Shown: one piece after another, positions 1 to 9,039 of the stretch
How positions within the stretch are numbered: the first letter of the stretch is position 1
How the letters are laid out: each line of letters opens with the position of its first letter
Assembly: GCA_942492125.1 (NCBI GenBank)
Contig: CALODM010000026.1
Coordinates: 169,545-233,544 of the forward strand
Source of the DNA: an uncultured Bacteroidota bacterium
GTDB lineage: Bacteria > Bacteroidota > Bacteroidia > Chitinophagales > Saprospiraceae
Reading direction: 5' to 3'
DNA length: 64,000 bases
The notes under the pieces: generated by a model
Databases searched by the model: none
What the model saw: the letters and a program-made list of their open reading frames with translations, nothing else
What the model was told of the DNA's origin: nothing
Program-made: the position numbers and the translations under genes

Positions 1-755
1 CCGCCATAGAGGTTTTCCGCACTATATCCAATCGATAAATTCAACCAGTCGGGAAAAAAGCGTCTGTCCTTTTTGAGAAAAAGATTGGGACTGAACGACA
101 GCCATAAAGTCAGCGAATTGTAATCTTTTAAAAACAACTCTCCATAATTGGTTCCAAATAACTCCCTTGCCCTGATAGCTGGCGTAGTTACGGATTGTCC
201 GTCGATGGAATAAACCGGATCATTGGGATATCGTATTGGAGGAGCAGATATTTTGAGCAAAAACCGCTGCTCGTCCCAAAGGTGCTCCTGGGTAATAAAC
301 ATGGCAGCTCCAAGGGCATTAAAGCCCATATCCGACCAGGAAAAACCCCATTTGGCAGAATACCCATCCATCACTTCCAAACTGGATTGAAGCAGCATGC
401 CTACCCCTACCCCGGTCCATAAAGCCGGAGTTTTAGGAACGCCGGTCCACCTGGCTCCGGCAAAGGCAAGCCTTGCCTGGGTGTAGGTTGTCAACAAATG
501 GCCGGTTTTGTCCATCTGTTTCCATTCTCTCATATCTGCGAAAGTGTGAAATTTGGTGAGCTCATAATTTTTGTACCAAACGTGATAGAGCGCAAAAGTG
601 GCCCCGGCATAACCGGCAGATGTTCCTGCAAGGGTAAACCAGAATCTGTTTTTGTTAAGCGTATCGGAAGGAGTAAGAAAGGAAATTCGGTTTTCCTGTG
701 CTTGTCCAAACAAAGGAAGACATAAAAAGAAAATGAAGATCAATTTTCGGGACAT
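1..755 (-). CDS. DUF2279-like predicted exported/lipoprotein (partial; 3' end lies beyond the left window edge)
   Basis: Absent from the supplied ORF track because it runs off the edge. Manual minus-strand translation from ATG (complement of 753-755) stays open to position 1; I checked every in-frame + strand triplet for TTA/CTA/TCA. Protein starts MSRKLIFIFFLCLPLFGQAQEN (signal peptide) and contains WYKNYELTKFHTFADMREWKQMDKTGH and MDGYSAKWGFSWSDM, a pattern I associate with DUF2279. Confidence 0.55.
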   Translation of the reverse strand, partial: MSRKLIFIFFLCLPLFGQAQENRISFLTPSDTLNKNRFWFTLAGTSAGYAGATFALYHVWYKNYELTKFHTFADMREWKQMDKTGHLLTTYTQARLAFAGARWTGVPKTPALWTGVGVGMLLQSSLEVMDGYSAKWGFSWSDMGFNALGAAMFITQEHLWDEQRFLLKISAPPIRYPNDPVYSIDGQSVTTPAIRARELFGTNYGELFLKDYNSLTLWLSFSPNLFLKKDRRFFPDWLNLSIGYSAENLYG

Positions 756-779
756 GGGTGTTTGGGTTACTGGTTACAA

Positions 780-826
780 GTTGCTGGTTGCTGATTTTTT
801 GTCTTTCAAGACAAGCAACCAGCAAC
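780..826 (-). terminator. Intercistronic GC-rich stem-loop between the prohibitin-like gene and the DUF2279-like gene
   Basis: GTTGCTGGTTGC (780-791) pairs perfectly with GCAACCAGCAAC (815-826). An inner TTGTC/GACAA pairing extends it. There is no clean U-tract, so it may be a processing or attenuation hairpin rather than a full terminator. Confidence 0.35.
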
Positions 827-844
827 CAGCATCCAGCAACTGGA

Positions 845-1690
845 TTAGTTTCCGCCGAGGATCAATGGCAAGCCATCACCGCTGCCACCGCCCACCACAA
901 TAACTTTGGAATTAGGGGATTCCGAAAGCTTGATGGTAGCTTCAATACCTTTATCCCGGAGGATATTGTTGGTAAGCGAGGCATTAAGGATGCGGTTCGC
1001 ATCTGCTTTTGCCTGAGCTTCGATAATCTTACGTTCAGCCTCCTGGCGTTCCTGCTGAAGAATATATTCATACTTGAGCGCTTTTTGCTCAGCTTCGATC
1101 TTATCCTCAATGGCTGTTTTCACTTTATCCGGCAACTCGATGTCCCGGATCAGGGTAGCTCTAAGGTCTACATAGTTTGTATCGAGTTTTTCCTCCAGGT
1201 TTGCCTGGATCATTCCCTGAACTTCGTCTCTTCGGGTAGAATACAGTTCTTCGGGATTAAACTTACCGAGGATCTGACGGGCTGAAGACCTCAATTCCGG
1301 AATCACCAGGGAAGTCAGATAGTCCGTTCCAAATTTTTCATGCAAATACCCCACCTGATTGTGTTTAGGGTTTATACGAATAGAAATGTCCACTTTGATA
1401 TTCAAACCATTACTGGAAAGTACTTCCAGAGGTTCAGATAATTGCTTCTCCCTTACATCATAGACATACATATCATTCCATGGAGCAATTACATGGAATC
1501 CGGGTGTGTAAACATTCTCCTTATCGAGTCCGCCACCAAAAGTGCGGAAAAGCACTCCCCTGTGCCCGGCGTCAATAGTCAGGAAGGTTGCACTCGAAAA
1601 CATGATGACTACCAAAAGGAGAATAAATCCTATGATAGCAGTAGTCAAAAATTTGGGAGAAATAGGTTTGATATTTTTTTGTTGTTCCAT
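845..1690 (-). CDS. SPFH/Band-7 (prohibitin/HflC-like) membrane protein
   Basis: 281-aa ORF with an N-terminal TM helix (TTAIIGFILLLVVIMF). The SPFH core follows (IDAGHRGVLFRTFGGG...VYDVREKQ...SSNGLNIKVDISI), then a coiled-coil region EAEQKALKYEYILQQERQEAERKIIEAQAKADAN typical of prohibitin homologues. Confidence 0.85.
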   Translation of the reverse strand: MEQQKNIKPISPKFLTTAIIGFILLLVVIMFSSATFLTIDAGHRGVLFRTFGGGLDKENVYTPGFHVIAPWNDMYVYDVREKQLSEPLEVLSSNGLNIKVDISIRINPKHNQVGYLHEKFGTDYLTSLVIPELRSSARQILGKFNPEELYSTRRDEVQGMIQANLEEKLDTNYVDLRATLIRDIELPDKVKTAIEDKIEAEQKALKYEYILQQERQEAERKIIEAQAKADANRILNASLTNNILRDKGIEATIKLSESPNSKVIVVGGGSGDGLPLILGGN

Positions 1691-1953
1691 TATAAATAAT
1701 TTGTTTTATAGTTGTTTTTGAAAGGACTTCAAGTATTACATCCTAACAATTCAGAATATTATTCGAAAAATATTTTATAAAAAATCTAATTCGATAAAAC
1801 AGAAGATTTTTACGATTTACGCACAACGCCATGCATATGGATCAGGCCGTTCCTTAACAGGCCGGCACAATTTTCTCAAAGATAATAATTTCTCGTATTC
1901 ACAGCCATTTTTCTGTTTTTGTCGTACATTAGTTAAAAATAAACAATTTGAAC

Positions 1954-1984
1954 TTTGCCAAGTTCACATTAACAACTACTTTAG
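1954..1984 (+). promoter_or_regulatory. Candidate Bacteroidota sigma-A type promoter for the PorP/SprF-OmpA pair
   Basis: TTTG (1954-1957), a 19-nt spacer, then TACTTTAG (1977-1984). This matches the -33 TTTG / -7 TAnnTTTG consensus with one mismatch, about 87 nt upstream of ATG 2071. Confidence 0.3.
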
Positions 1985-2070
1985 AGCCAATAAATCCTTA
2001 AAACAGGATTGTTTTCATTGCTTTTTACTAAAATTATATATCTTTCGGGTTGAACTACAAAAAAAATTCT

Positions 2071-3135
2071 ATGAAGCTTTTAAAACCTTTACTCCTATTG
2101 ACTTTTAGCCTGCTCATTGGGTCCGTCAGTGCCCAGGACATGCACTTCACCATGTACAATATGTCTCCCCTGACGATGAATCCTGCTTTGTCAGGTGCAT
2201 TTTCAGGCACATTGAGACTCGGAGGTATATACAGAAACCAGGCCTTTTCGGTTTCCAATGCCCGAGCCTACAGCACTCCTTCGTTTTATGCCGACGCTCC
2301 TATTATCAGGGGATTCAGAAAGCAGGACTGGGTAGGCGTAGGTATTTCATTTTTAAGTGACAAATCAGGTTTCCTGAGACTTGAGACAACCCGTGCTGCC
2401 CTCTCTGCCAGTTATCACCTCGGACTTAACAAAAAAGGTACGTCCGTACTTACCCTGGGTATCCAGGGCGGAAGTACTTCCCGCAGAATTACCCAGCCTG
2501 ACCCGCAAGATAACAATTATGTTGCCATAGCTGCCAGTGAGATATTCCCCACAAGTGTTGGCGGAGGCGGTGCCGGAGGTATTGGAGACCCCGTACTCAA
2601 TGCTGACAAAAAAGCACTTTCCAATTATTCTGCCGGTTTGTTGTTCCGCACCCTGATCAATGATGATTCGAATCTCGAATTGGGATTCTCTACCGGTCAC
2701 ATTGCCTTTTCCAGAAGGTCTAACTCCGGGTATGCATTTATATCTCAGGGAGACGGATTAAGACGCCCAGTGCTTTTTGCCGCCCATGCCAAATACGAAA
2801 TGCCCTTAACGGAAAAGTGGAGCATTGCCCCAACTGCTTTTTGGCAAATGGAAGGTAGCGCGATGGAGATCCTCTTCCAGGGATGGGGAGGATATCAGCT
2901 CAACGAAGATTTCAAACTGAACTTTGGTTTGGGTTACCGCTTTGGTGATGCCCTTAATGTTTTGGTAGGAGCAGATTACAAAGACCTGAGAGTTGGGCTG
3001 GCTTATGATATCACGCTCTCTTCCCTCAGCGATGCAAACAACTATAGTGGCGGCGTTGAAATTGGCGCCTGGTATATCATCAAAAAATACAAAAAACCTG
3101 TTGTAAAGCCTAAAGTGCTTTGCCCCAGATTTTAA
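2071..3135 (+). CDS. PorP/SprF family type IX secretion system membrane protein
   Basis: The track ORF starts at TTG 2050. ATG 2071 gives MKLLKPLLLLTFSLLIGSVSAQ, a signal peptide. The hallmark QDMHFTMYNMSPLTMNPALSG motif (QD-x-x-F-[ST]-x-Y-x-x-x-P-L-x-x-NPA) follows directly. The C-terminal part looks beta-barrel-like. Confidence 0.85.
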   Translation: MKLLKPLLLLTFSLLIGSVSAQDMHFTMYNMSPLTMNPALSGAFSGTLRLGGIYRNQAFSVSNARAYSTPSFYADAPIIRGFRKQDWVGVGISFLSDKSGFLRLETTRAALSASYHLGLNKKGTSVLTLGIQGGSTSRRITQPDPQDNNYVAIAASEIFPTSVGGGGAGGIGDPVLNADKKALSNYSAGLLFRTLINDDSNLELGFSTGHIAFSRRSNSGYAFISQGDGLRRPVLFAAHAKYEMPLTEKWSIAPTAFWQMEGSAMEILFQGWGGYQLNEDFKLNFGLGYRFGDALNVLVGADYKDLRVGLAYDITLSSLSDANNYSGGVEIGAWYIIKKYKKPVVKPKVLCPRF

Positions 3136-3207
3136 CACATACGATGCAATAATTTGTTTATAAATCCAATTTGAATTTTAGGTATCGTAAAAAATAAAAA
3201 TAAGGAG

Positions 3208-5787
3208 ATGCAAAAAAAACTTTTATTATCAACCATAACTTTCCTTTTTGCCCTCGGCTGTTTTGCCCAGCCACTGAATAAAGAGTCGTATGCAGTAATG
3301 TTGGAACTGGCTGAAGAGTATTATGCCATAGGGGACTACTACAGCGCATTGGAAAAATATGAAGAAGCCTATGACGAACGCAAAGACAACAGTCTCAACA
3401 TCAAAATGGCAGAACTTCAATATGAACTGCGTGATTATGTAAAAGCCGAAAGACTTTACCGCCGCCTGATCGACAGAGCTAAGGATAATTCATACGACGA
3501 GTATAAATTCCAGTATGGCCGTGTATTAAAAATGATTGGCAAATACGATAAAGCTATAGATATTTTAAATGAATTTGTAGCATCGACTTCAGACGAAACC
3601 CTTAAGGAACTGGCCCAAAACGAAATCGCCGGTGCTGAAATGGCTGAGATCCTGCCTGAAAATAATAAAGGTGTGGCGGTTAATAACCTTGGACGCAATG
3701 TCAATATTCCATTGTCTGAATATTCCCCTGCTATGGGCAGTGACGGAAAATTATACTTTGCAGGACTTGATCGTGATCTTAAAGACGCCGTCGAGGTTGG
3801 AGAGGATCAAACACATTACTCCAAAATTTTCACTGCTTCCAAAACGGATCGTGGATGGGAAAAGGGCGTCCCTCTGGATGAAAAGATCAATCGCCCAGGA
3901 TACAATAGCAATAATGTCTCCTTCTCTGTAGATGGCAACACCATGTATTTTACCCGCTCCCTTTTGAGTGGTAATAACCTTACGGAAAGTAAAATTTACA
4001 TGAGTAATAAAGACGGAGCTTCATGGCTTGGAGCAAAAGAAGTGACCGGCGTTAACGGTGAGTACATCGCTACTCATCCTGCTGTAGGTGAATTATTTGG
4101 AAAAGAAGTCTTGTTCTTCGTGTCAGATATGGAAGGCGGTGAAGGCGGACTGGATATCTTTTATGCTACTCATAAAGGAGGAGGCGTCTATGGGGATCCT
4201 GTGAGTCTTGGCCCGAAGATCAATACAGCCGGTGATGAAATGACACCTTATTATTATGATGGAACATTATTCTTCAGTTCAACCGGACATCCTGGTATCG
4301 GTGGAGCAGATATTTTTTACAGCACCTGGGATGGCAGCCGATGGAGTGAACCTAAAAATATGGGTAAAGGATACAATACCAGTGTGGATGACCTTTATTT
4401 TACCATGTATAACGAGGGTTACAGCGGTTTCCTGACTTCCAATCGACCAGGTGGCCGTTCTGCCAAAGGCAGAACCTGTTGTGATGATATCCTTGGATTT
4501 GAAATTCCCCAGATGTATGCGGACCTGGTTGTCGGTGTATTCAGCGAAGGAAAAGATCCTATTCTTGGCGCAACGGTGAGCTTGGTGGAAATGACTGATG
4601 GTTCTGATACAGCACCTGAAACCAAGTCTAACGATAAAGGAAATCGCTTTGACTACGGTTTGGGGCTCGAAAAACCATACATGGTTATTGCAACTGCTGA
4701 AGGATATTTTCCTGACACCATGTCCTTTAATACCGTTGGTCTCAAAGCGTCCAAAACATTCCAGGATAATTTCTTCCTGAAACCTAAACCTGTTGAACCT
4801 GAATTCATCACGGTCGTAGAGGAAACACCTATCCTCATGGAGAACATCCTTTACGATTTTGACAAGGATATAATCACCCAACAGGCAGAAATTGATCTTC
4901 AGTTGATCTACGATATCATGACGGAATACCCCGAAATGAAGATCGAACTGAGATCGCATACGGATGCCCGGGGTGATAATACCTATAACCAGGACCTTTC
5001 CCAACGTCGTACGGAGTCAGCCAGAAGGTGGTTGGTTCGCAAAGGCATTGACCGCGAGAGAATCGAGGCCAAAGGCTATGGAGAAACCGTTCCGCAGACA
5101 GTTAGTGATAAAGTGGCTGCGAAATTTGATTTCCTCAAGGCAGGGGATATCTTAACAGAAGAATATATCAATGCCCTGGCTACGGAAGAAATGAAAGAAA
5201 TAGCTCACGGTCTCAACCGTCGTACAGAGTTCCAGATCATTGAAGGACCAACTAGCATTATCATCGAAACCAAACGCCTTAAAAAGCAGGAAGTTACGGA
5301 AGATAAAGAAGAACCCATTCAGCAAGGAACAGGAACGGAAAAGAAAAAGACACAGAAGAAAAAGACCAGAAGCAGGAATTCCCTGATCGGCCAACAGACG
5401 AAGGATCCTATCCAGATCAGCCCTATGTCTTCCTTGTATGGCAAAAAGATAACCAAGGGGGTACCTATCATGACTTTTGAAAACCGCGTACTGGATCTCG
5501 GGAAGGTAAAACGAGGCGAAAAAAGAAGTTTTTCCTATGCCTTCACCAATCAAGGGGATACAGCCCTGAAAATTTCACTCATCTCCGCTTGTGACTGTAC
5601 CACGACTGATTATCCCGTTGGTGCTATCAAGCCGGGAGAAACAGGTGAAATTCTGGTGACCTTTGACAGTACCGAAAAAGAAGAAAGCGAAACCATTGAT
5701 GTGGACATCTTCCTGGAGAATACCATCCCCGGCTCAGAAGAGCCCATTGTGGAAATGCTGCAATACAAATATGTGCTGATCAAATAA
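3208..5787 (+). CDS. Multidomain OmpA-family protein (signal peptide, TPR, TolB-like beta-propeller repeats, CarboxypepD_reg-like domain, OmpA_C, Lys-rich linker, DUF1573)
   Basis: 859-aa ORF. The OmpA_C motif is LYDFDKDIITQQAE...LRSHTDARGDNTYNQDLSQRRTESARRWLVRKGI...GYGETVP...NRRTEFQII. Repeats of the form DG-x-LYF / GG-x-DIFY indicate a TolB-like propeller. After the linker KKKTQKKKTRSR, the segment FENRVLDLGKVKRGEKRSFSYAFTNQGDTALKI...GETGEILVTFDS looks like DUF1573. Confidence 0.8.
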   Translation: MQKKLLLSTITFLFALGCFAQPLNKESYAVMLELAEEYYAIGDYYSALEKYEEAYDERKDNSLNIKMAELQYELRDYVKAERLYRRLIDRAKDNSYDEYKFQYGRVLKMIGKYDKAIDILNEFVASTSDETLKELAQNEIAGAEMAEILPENNKGVAVNNLGRNVNIPLSEYSPAMGSDGKLYFAGLDRDLKDAVEVGEDQTHYSKIFTASKTDRGWEKGVPLDEKINRPGYNSNNVSFSVDGNTMYFTRSLLSGNNLTESKIYMSNKDGASWLGAKEVTGVNGEYIATHPAVGELFGKEVLFFVSDMEGGEGGLDIFYATHKGGGVYGDPVSLGPKINTAGDEMTPYYYDGTLFFSSTGHPGIGGADIFYSTWDGSRWSEPKNMGKGYNTSVDDLYFTMYNEGYSGFLTSNRPGGRSAKGRTCCDDILGFEIPQMYADLVVGVFSEGKDPILGATVSLVEMTDGSDTAPETKSNDKGNRFDYGLGLEKPYMVIATAEGYFPDTMSFNTVGLKASKTFQDNFFLKPKPVEPEFITVVEETPILMENILYDFDKDIITQQAEIDLQLIYDIMTEYPEMKIELRSHTDARGDNTYNQDLSQRRTESARRWLVRKGIDRERIEAKGYGETVPQTVSDKVAAKFDFLKAGDILTEEYINALATEEMKEIAHGLNRRTEFQIIEGPTSIIIETKRLKKQEVTEDKEEPIQQGTGTEKKKTQKKKTRSRNSLIGQQTKDPIQISPMSSLYGKKITKGVPIMTFENRVLDLGKVKRGEKRSFSYAFTNQGDTALKISLISACDCTTTDYPVGAIKPGETGEILVTFDSTEKEESETIDVDIFLENTIPGSEEPIVEMLQYKYVLIK

Positions 5788-5801
5788 TTTGTTTATCTGA
5801 T

Positions 5802-5837
5802 AAAAAAAGGAGTTGGTTTTGATCAACTCCTTTTTTT
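5802..5837 (+). terminator. Rho-independent terminator after the OmpA-family gene
   Basis: AAAAAAAGGAGTTG ... CAACTCCTTTTTTT. The stem GGAGTTG/CAACTCC is flanked by A- and T-runs, so it is bidirectional in form. Confidence 0.75.
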
Positions 5838-5998
5838 GTTTATAATCAATTGATAGATGATTTTGGGAATTTTGTCTAAATTAGCCTAAGCTTTTAACAC
5901 TAAAGGAACATTAATCCCTAAAATAGTGTTGGATCAATTACATGGTACAATAGTTTTTTGTATTGTTTTTTTGTTAATTAAACAACTGAATTTTAATC

Positions 5999-6760
5999 AT
6001 GAGCAGAAGAAGAGGATTATTTCGTGGGTCATCTAATCCCATGATGAATGAACAAATGTTTCAAAAAGCAGGTCAGCAGACCCTCGACGGACACTTTCTC
6101 GATGTTAGTGAAAAAATGACCGTTCAGGGAGCTATCAATAAAAGTTTTATTCTTGGTGTTATTATGCTGGCCACGGCCCTTGTAGGATATATTATGCCTT
6201 CGCCCCTTTTCATGTGGGGAGGAGCTATTGCCGGCCTTATAGTGGTGATCATCGCAGCCCGCAATCCGCAAAGGTCAGGTACGCTTGCCCCCATCTATGC
6301 AGCCCTCGAAGGCTTATTCGTCGGGGCTGTTTCGGCCATGTATGCCTCCTTTTTTGATGGCATCATTTTCCAGGCCGTTAGTCTGACCATGGCAGTATTT
6401 TTTATGATGCTGTTTATTTACAAAACCGGTATTATAAAGGTTACCAATAAATTCCGGACAGGAGTAATCATGGCCACGGGAGCAGTATTGTTGGTCTATG
6501 TAGTTAATATTGTGCTTTCCCTTTTTGGGGTAAATGTACCCTTCCTGCACGAAGGTGGTGCCATCGGTATCGGGATCAGCCTGGTCATTATCGGTATTGC
6601 GTCTATGAACCTTTTGCTGGATTTTGATAATTTTGAAAAGGGAGAAAAATATGGAGCACCCGCCTACATGGAGTGGTTCTCCGCGATGGGCTTACTCATT
6701 ACTTTGGTCTGGCTCTATATCGAAATTCTAAGACTCATTGCCCTTTTATCCAGAGACTAA
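5999..6760 (+). CDS. Bax inhibitor-1/YccA-family membrane protein (COG4760-like)
   Basis: 253-aa ORF. The N-terminus is SSNPMMNEQMF...MTVQGAINKSFILGVIML, followed by about 6-7 hydrophobic helices, typical of this family. Confidence 0.7.
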   Translation: MSRRRGLFRGSSNPMMNEQMFQKAGQQTLDGHFLDVSEKMTVQGAINKSFILGVIMLATALVGYIMPSPLFMWGGAIAGLIVVIIAARNPQRSGTLAPIYAALEGLFVGAVSAMYASFFDGIIFQAVSLTMAVFFMMLFIYKTGIIKVTNKFRTGVIMATGAVLLVYVVNIVLSLFGVNVPFLHEGGAIGIGISLVIIGIASMNLLLDFDNFEKGEKYGAPAYMEWFSAMGLLITLVWLYIEILRLIALLSRD

Positions 6761-6783
6761 TTTTTGCTGGAAATATTTATTGC

Positions 6784-6832
6784 AAAAAAACATCCCGAAC
6801 TTTGCTTTTGGCAAAATTCGGGATGTTTTTTA
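6784..6832 (+). terminator. Rho-independent terminator
   Basis: AAAAAACATCCCGAA...TTCGGGATGTTTTTT, an 11-bp outer stem with an inner TTTGC/GCAAA pairing and a T-run. Confidence 0.75.
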
Positions 6833-6876
6833 TTGTACCACGGTATACTCCCCAATAACACATCAAAAAAATCATT

Positions 6877-7209
6877 ATGACCAAGGAAGAAAGAGCAGAG
6901 CTCAAAAAACGAATCCTCGAGACCATTGAAAAAACAGAAAAAGAACTGGCCTACCTCGAAGAAGCAACCCAGCCAATCACTCCCGAAAATGCTATCGGCA
7001 GGGTAAGCCGTATGGATGCCATCAACAACAAAAGTGTTTCGGAAGTAGCCCTGCGCTCATCAAAGAAAAAATTATCCAACCTGAAAGTTGCCCTCCACAA
7101 TATAGATGACCCTGCTTTTGGCATTTGTACTAATTGTAAACGCCCCATTGCGGCTGCACGCCTGATGTTCATGCCTCAAAGTACAAGTTGTGTCAATTGT
7201 GCCAGGTGA
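6877..7209 (+). CDS. DksA/TraR-family C4-type zinc-finger protein
   Basis: 110 aa with a coiled-coil N-terminus and CTNCKRPIAAARLMFMPQSTSCVNC (CxxC-x17-CxxC). Confidence 0.8.
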   Translation: MTKEERAELKKRILETIEKTEKELAYLEEATQPITPENAIGRVSRMDAINNKSVSEVALRSSKKKLSNLKVALHNIDDPAFGICTNCKRPIAAARLMFMPQSTSCVNCAR

Positions 7210-7347
7210 TACCGGACATAATGAGATGAAAACTACTGGGCAGGATGTCACAAGATTCCCTATATGGCTTTGTGATTCATCAAAAACACATAACCTATTC
7301 GAACTTTGTGCCTTTGTGGTTATAAAGATGAGGTTCAATATTACCTT

Positions 7348-7392
7348 ACAAAAAATAAGCAGGGCACTGACGTTAGAAACGTAGCACCCTGC
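7348..7392 (-). terminator. Orphan minus-strand rho-independent terminator (no annotated minus-strand gene feeds it)
   Basis: On the minus strand: GCAGGGUGCUACGU-uucua-ACGUCAGUGCCCUGC followed by UUAUUUUUUG. Two stem positions are G-U on the minus strand but C-A mismatches on the plus strand, so the structure favours the minus strand. Confidence 0.45.
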
Positions 7393-7645
7393 AACCCCAA
7401 AAAACCAAATGAAAACAATCTTTATAAATTACAACCGGTTATCCGGTTTTATTTATGTCAATTTCTACTATTAATACAAGAACCGAACCAAATTGTTGTT
7501 TGAAGATTAAATTTTATTTTGAATTTAACTGAATTTTAACCAAAACAGGTCACGAAGTTGGTGTCAATTTCAAAGTATTATATCCTTAATTTTGAGTAAA
7601 TTGCTGACCTTTTAATCAGACATAGTCTTTGTAAATCATAGAAAC

Positions 7646-9025
7646 TTGGCAAAAATAAAAACCATATACGTCTGTAACAGTTGCGGAACCACCTATCCAA
7701 AATGGTCCGGAAAATGCAATGCGTGTAATGAATGGAATACCATTACCGAAGAAGTAGTGGAAAAAGAGACCAAACAAGAAGAGAAACACCGCAGCTGGAA
7801 AGAAGAAGGAAGTCAAAAAACATCAAAAAAAGCAGTACCGCTTTCGGAAGTCGAAGCCAATGACATCAGTCGGATGGAAAGCCAGGATCAGGAATTTAAC
7901 CGCGTGTTAGGGGGTGGTTTTGTGCCAGGGTCTGTGATTCTTATCGGTGGTTCCCCCGGCATTGGAAAATCAACGCTTTTGTTGCAACTGGCCCTTAATG
8001 TAAACAGCAAAACACTTTATGTCTCAGGCGAGGAAAGTGAAGGACAAATCAAACTTAGAGCCAGCAGACTGGGTACCCAACATGAAAATTGTTATATTTT
8101 CACGGAAACGAATACCCATAAACTACTCAAGCAAGCGAAGGCCATCCAGCCGGATCTTCTGGTTGTCGACTCCATTCAAACCATGTCTTCTCCACACCTG
8201 GAGTCAATGCCGGGCAGTGTCTCCCAGATTAGGGAATGCGCGTCCGAAATGCAGCGCTTTGCCAAAGAAACCAATATCCCGGTGGTCATCATTGGCCATA
8301 TCACCAAAGAAGGTACCATCGCAGGGCCCAAATTGCTGGAGCATATTGTAGATGTCGTTTTGCAATTTGAAGGGGATCGCAACTACAGTTACCGCATACT
8401 CAGAACCATTAAAAACCGCTTCGGCTCAACGGATGAATTAGGTATTTATGAAATGCAGGCTACTGGTTTGAGAGAAGTCAGTAATCCTTCCGAACTGCTT
8501 ATTTCCCAAAAGGATGACGATCTCAGTGGCAGTGCAATCGCGGCCACCATGGAGGGCATGCGCCCCATGATGATCGAAACGCAGGCATTGGTCAGCACGG
8601 CCGTTTATGGTACGCCACAACGGTCCGCTACCGGATTTGACCTGCGCCGGTTGAGCATGTTGCTCGCCGTACTCGAAAAACGAGGCGGACTGCCTTTTGC
8701 CCAAAATGATGTTTTCCTGAACCTGGCGGGAGGTATCAGGGTAGACGATCCGGCTATTGACCTGGCCATCGTCAGCGCTTTGATTTCTTCCCTGGAAGAT
8801 GTTTCGGTACCAGCCAATATCTGCTTTGCAGGGGAGGTAGGTCTTTCCGGGGAAATCCGTTCGGTCAGCAAAATAGAACAACGGATCCAGGAAGCTGCCA
8901 GGCTGGGATTTAAACAGATCTTCATTTCCAAATTCAACACCAAAGGATTGAATCCGGAGCGCTATGATATTCAGATCTCGACGATCGGGAAGGTGGAGGA
9001 ATTGTATAAGGCGCTCTTTGAGTGA
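7646..9025 (+). CDS. radA: DNA repair protein RadA/Sms
   Basis: 459 aa. The N-terminal zinc finger MAKIKTIYVCNSCGTTYPKWSGKCNACNEWNT matches the canonical RadA N-terminus residue for residue, so the TTG at 7646 is the start. Walker A is GGSPGIGKST, followed by a KNRFG motif and a Lon-like C-terminal domain. Confidence 0.95.
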   Translation: MAKIKTIYVCNSCGTTYPKWSGKCNACNEWNTITEEVVEKETKQEEKHRSWKEEGSQKTSKKAVPLSEVEANDISRMESQDQEFNRVLGGGFVPGSVILIGGSPGIGKSTLLLQLALNVNSKTLYVSGEESEGQIKLRASRLGTQHENCYIFTETNTHKLLKQAKAIQPDLLVVDSIQTMSSPHLESMPGSVSQIRECASEMQRFAKETNIPVVIIGHITKEGTIAGPKLLEHIVDVVLQFEGDRNYSYRILRTIKNRFGSTDELGIYEMQATGLREVSNPSELLISQKDDDLSGSAIAATMEGMRPMMIETQALVSTAVYGTPQRSATGFDLRRLSMLLAVLEKRGGLPFAQNDVFLNLAGGIRVDDPAIDLAIVSALISSLEDVSVPANICFAGEVGLSGEIRSVSKIEQRIQEAARLGFKQIFISKFNTKGLNPERYDIQISTIGKVEELYKALFE

Positions 9026-9039
9026 GATGATTCCATTTT

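Noticed and set aside
195-725. Two 75-aa + strand ORFs in the track (195-422 and 498-725).
   Set aside because: They lie antisense to a continuous minus-strand reading frame (1-755) that carries a signal peptide and DUF2279-like motifs.
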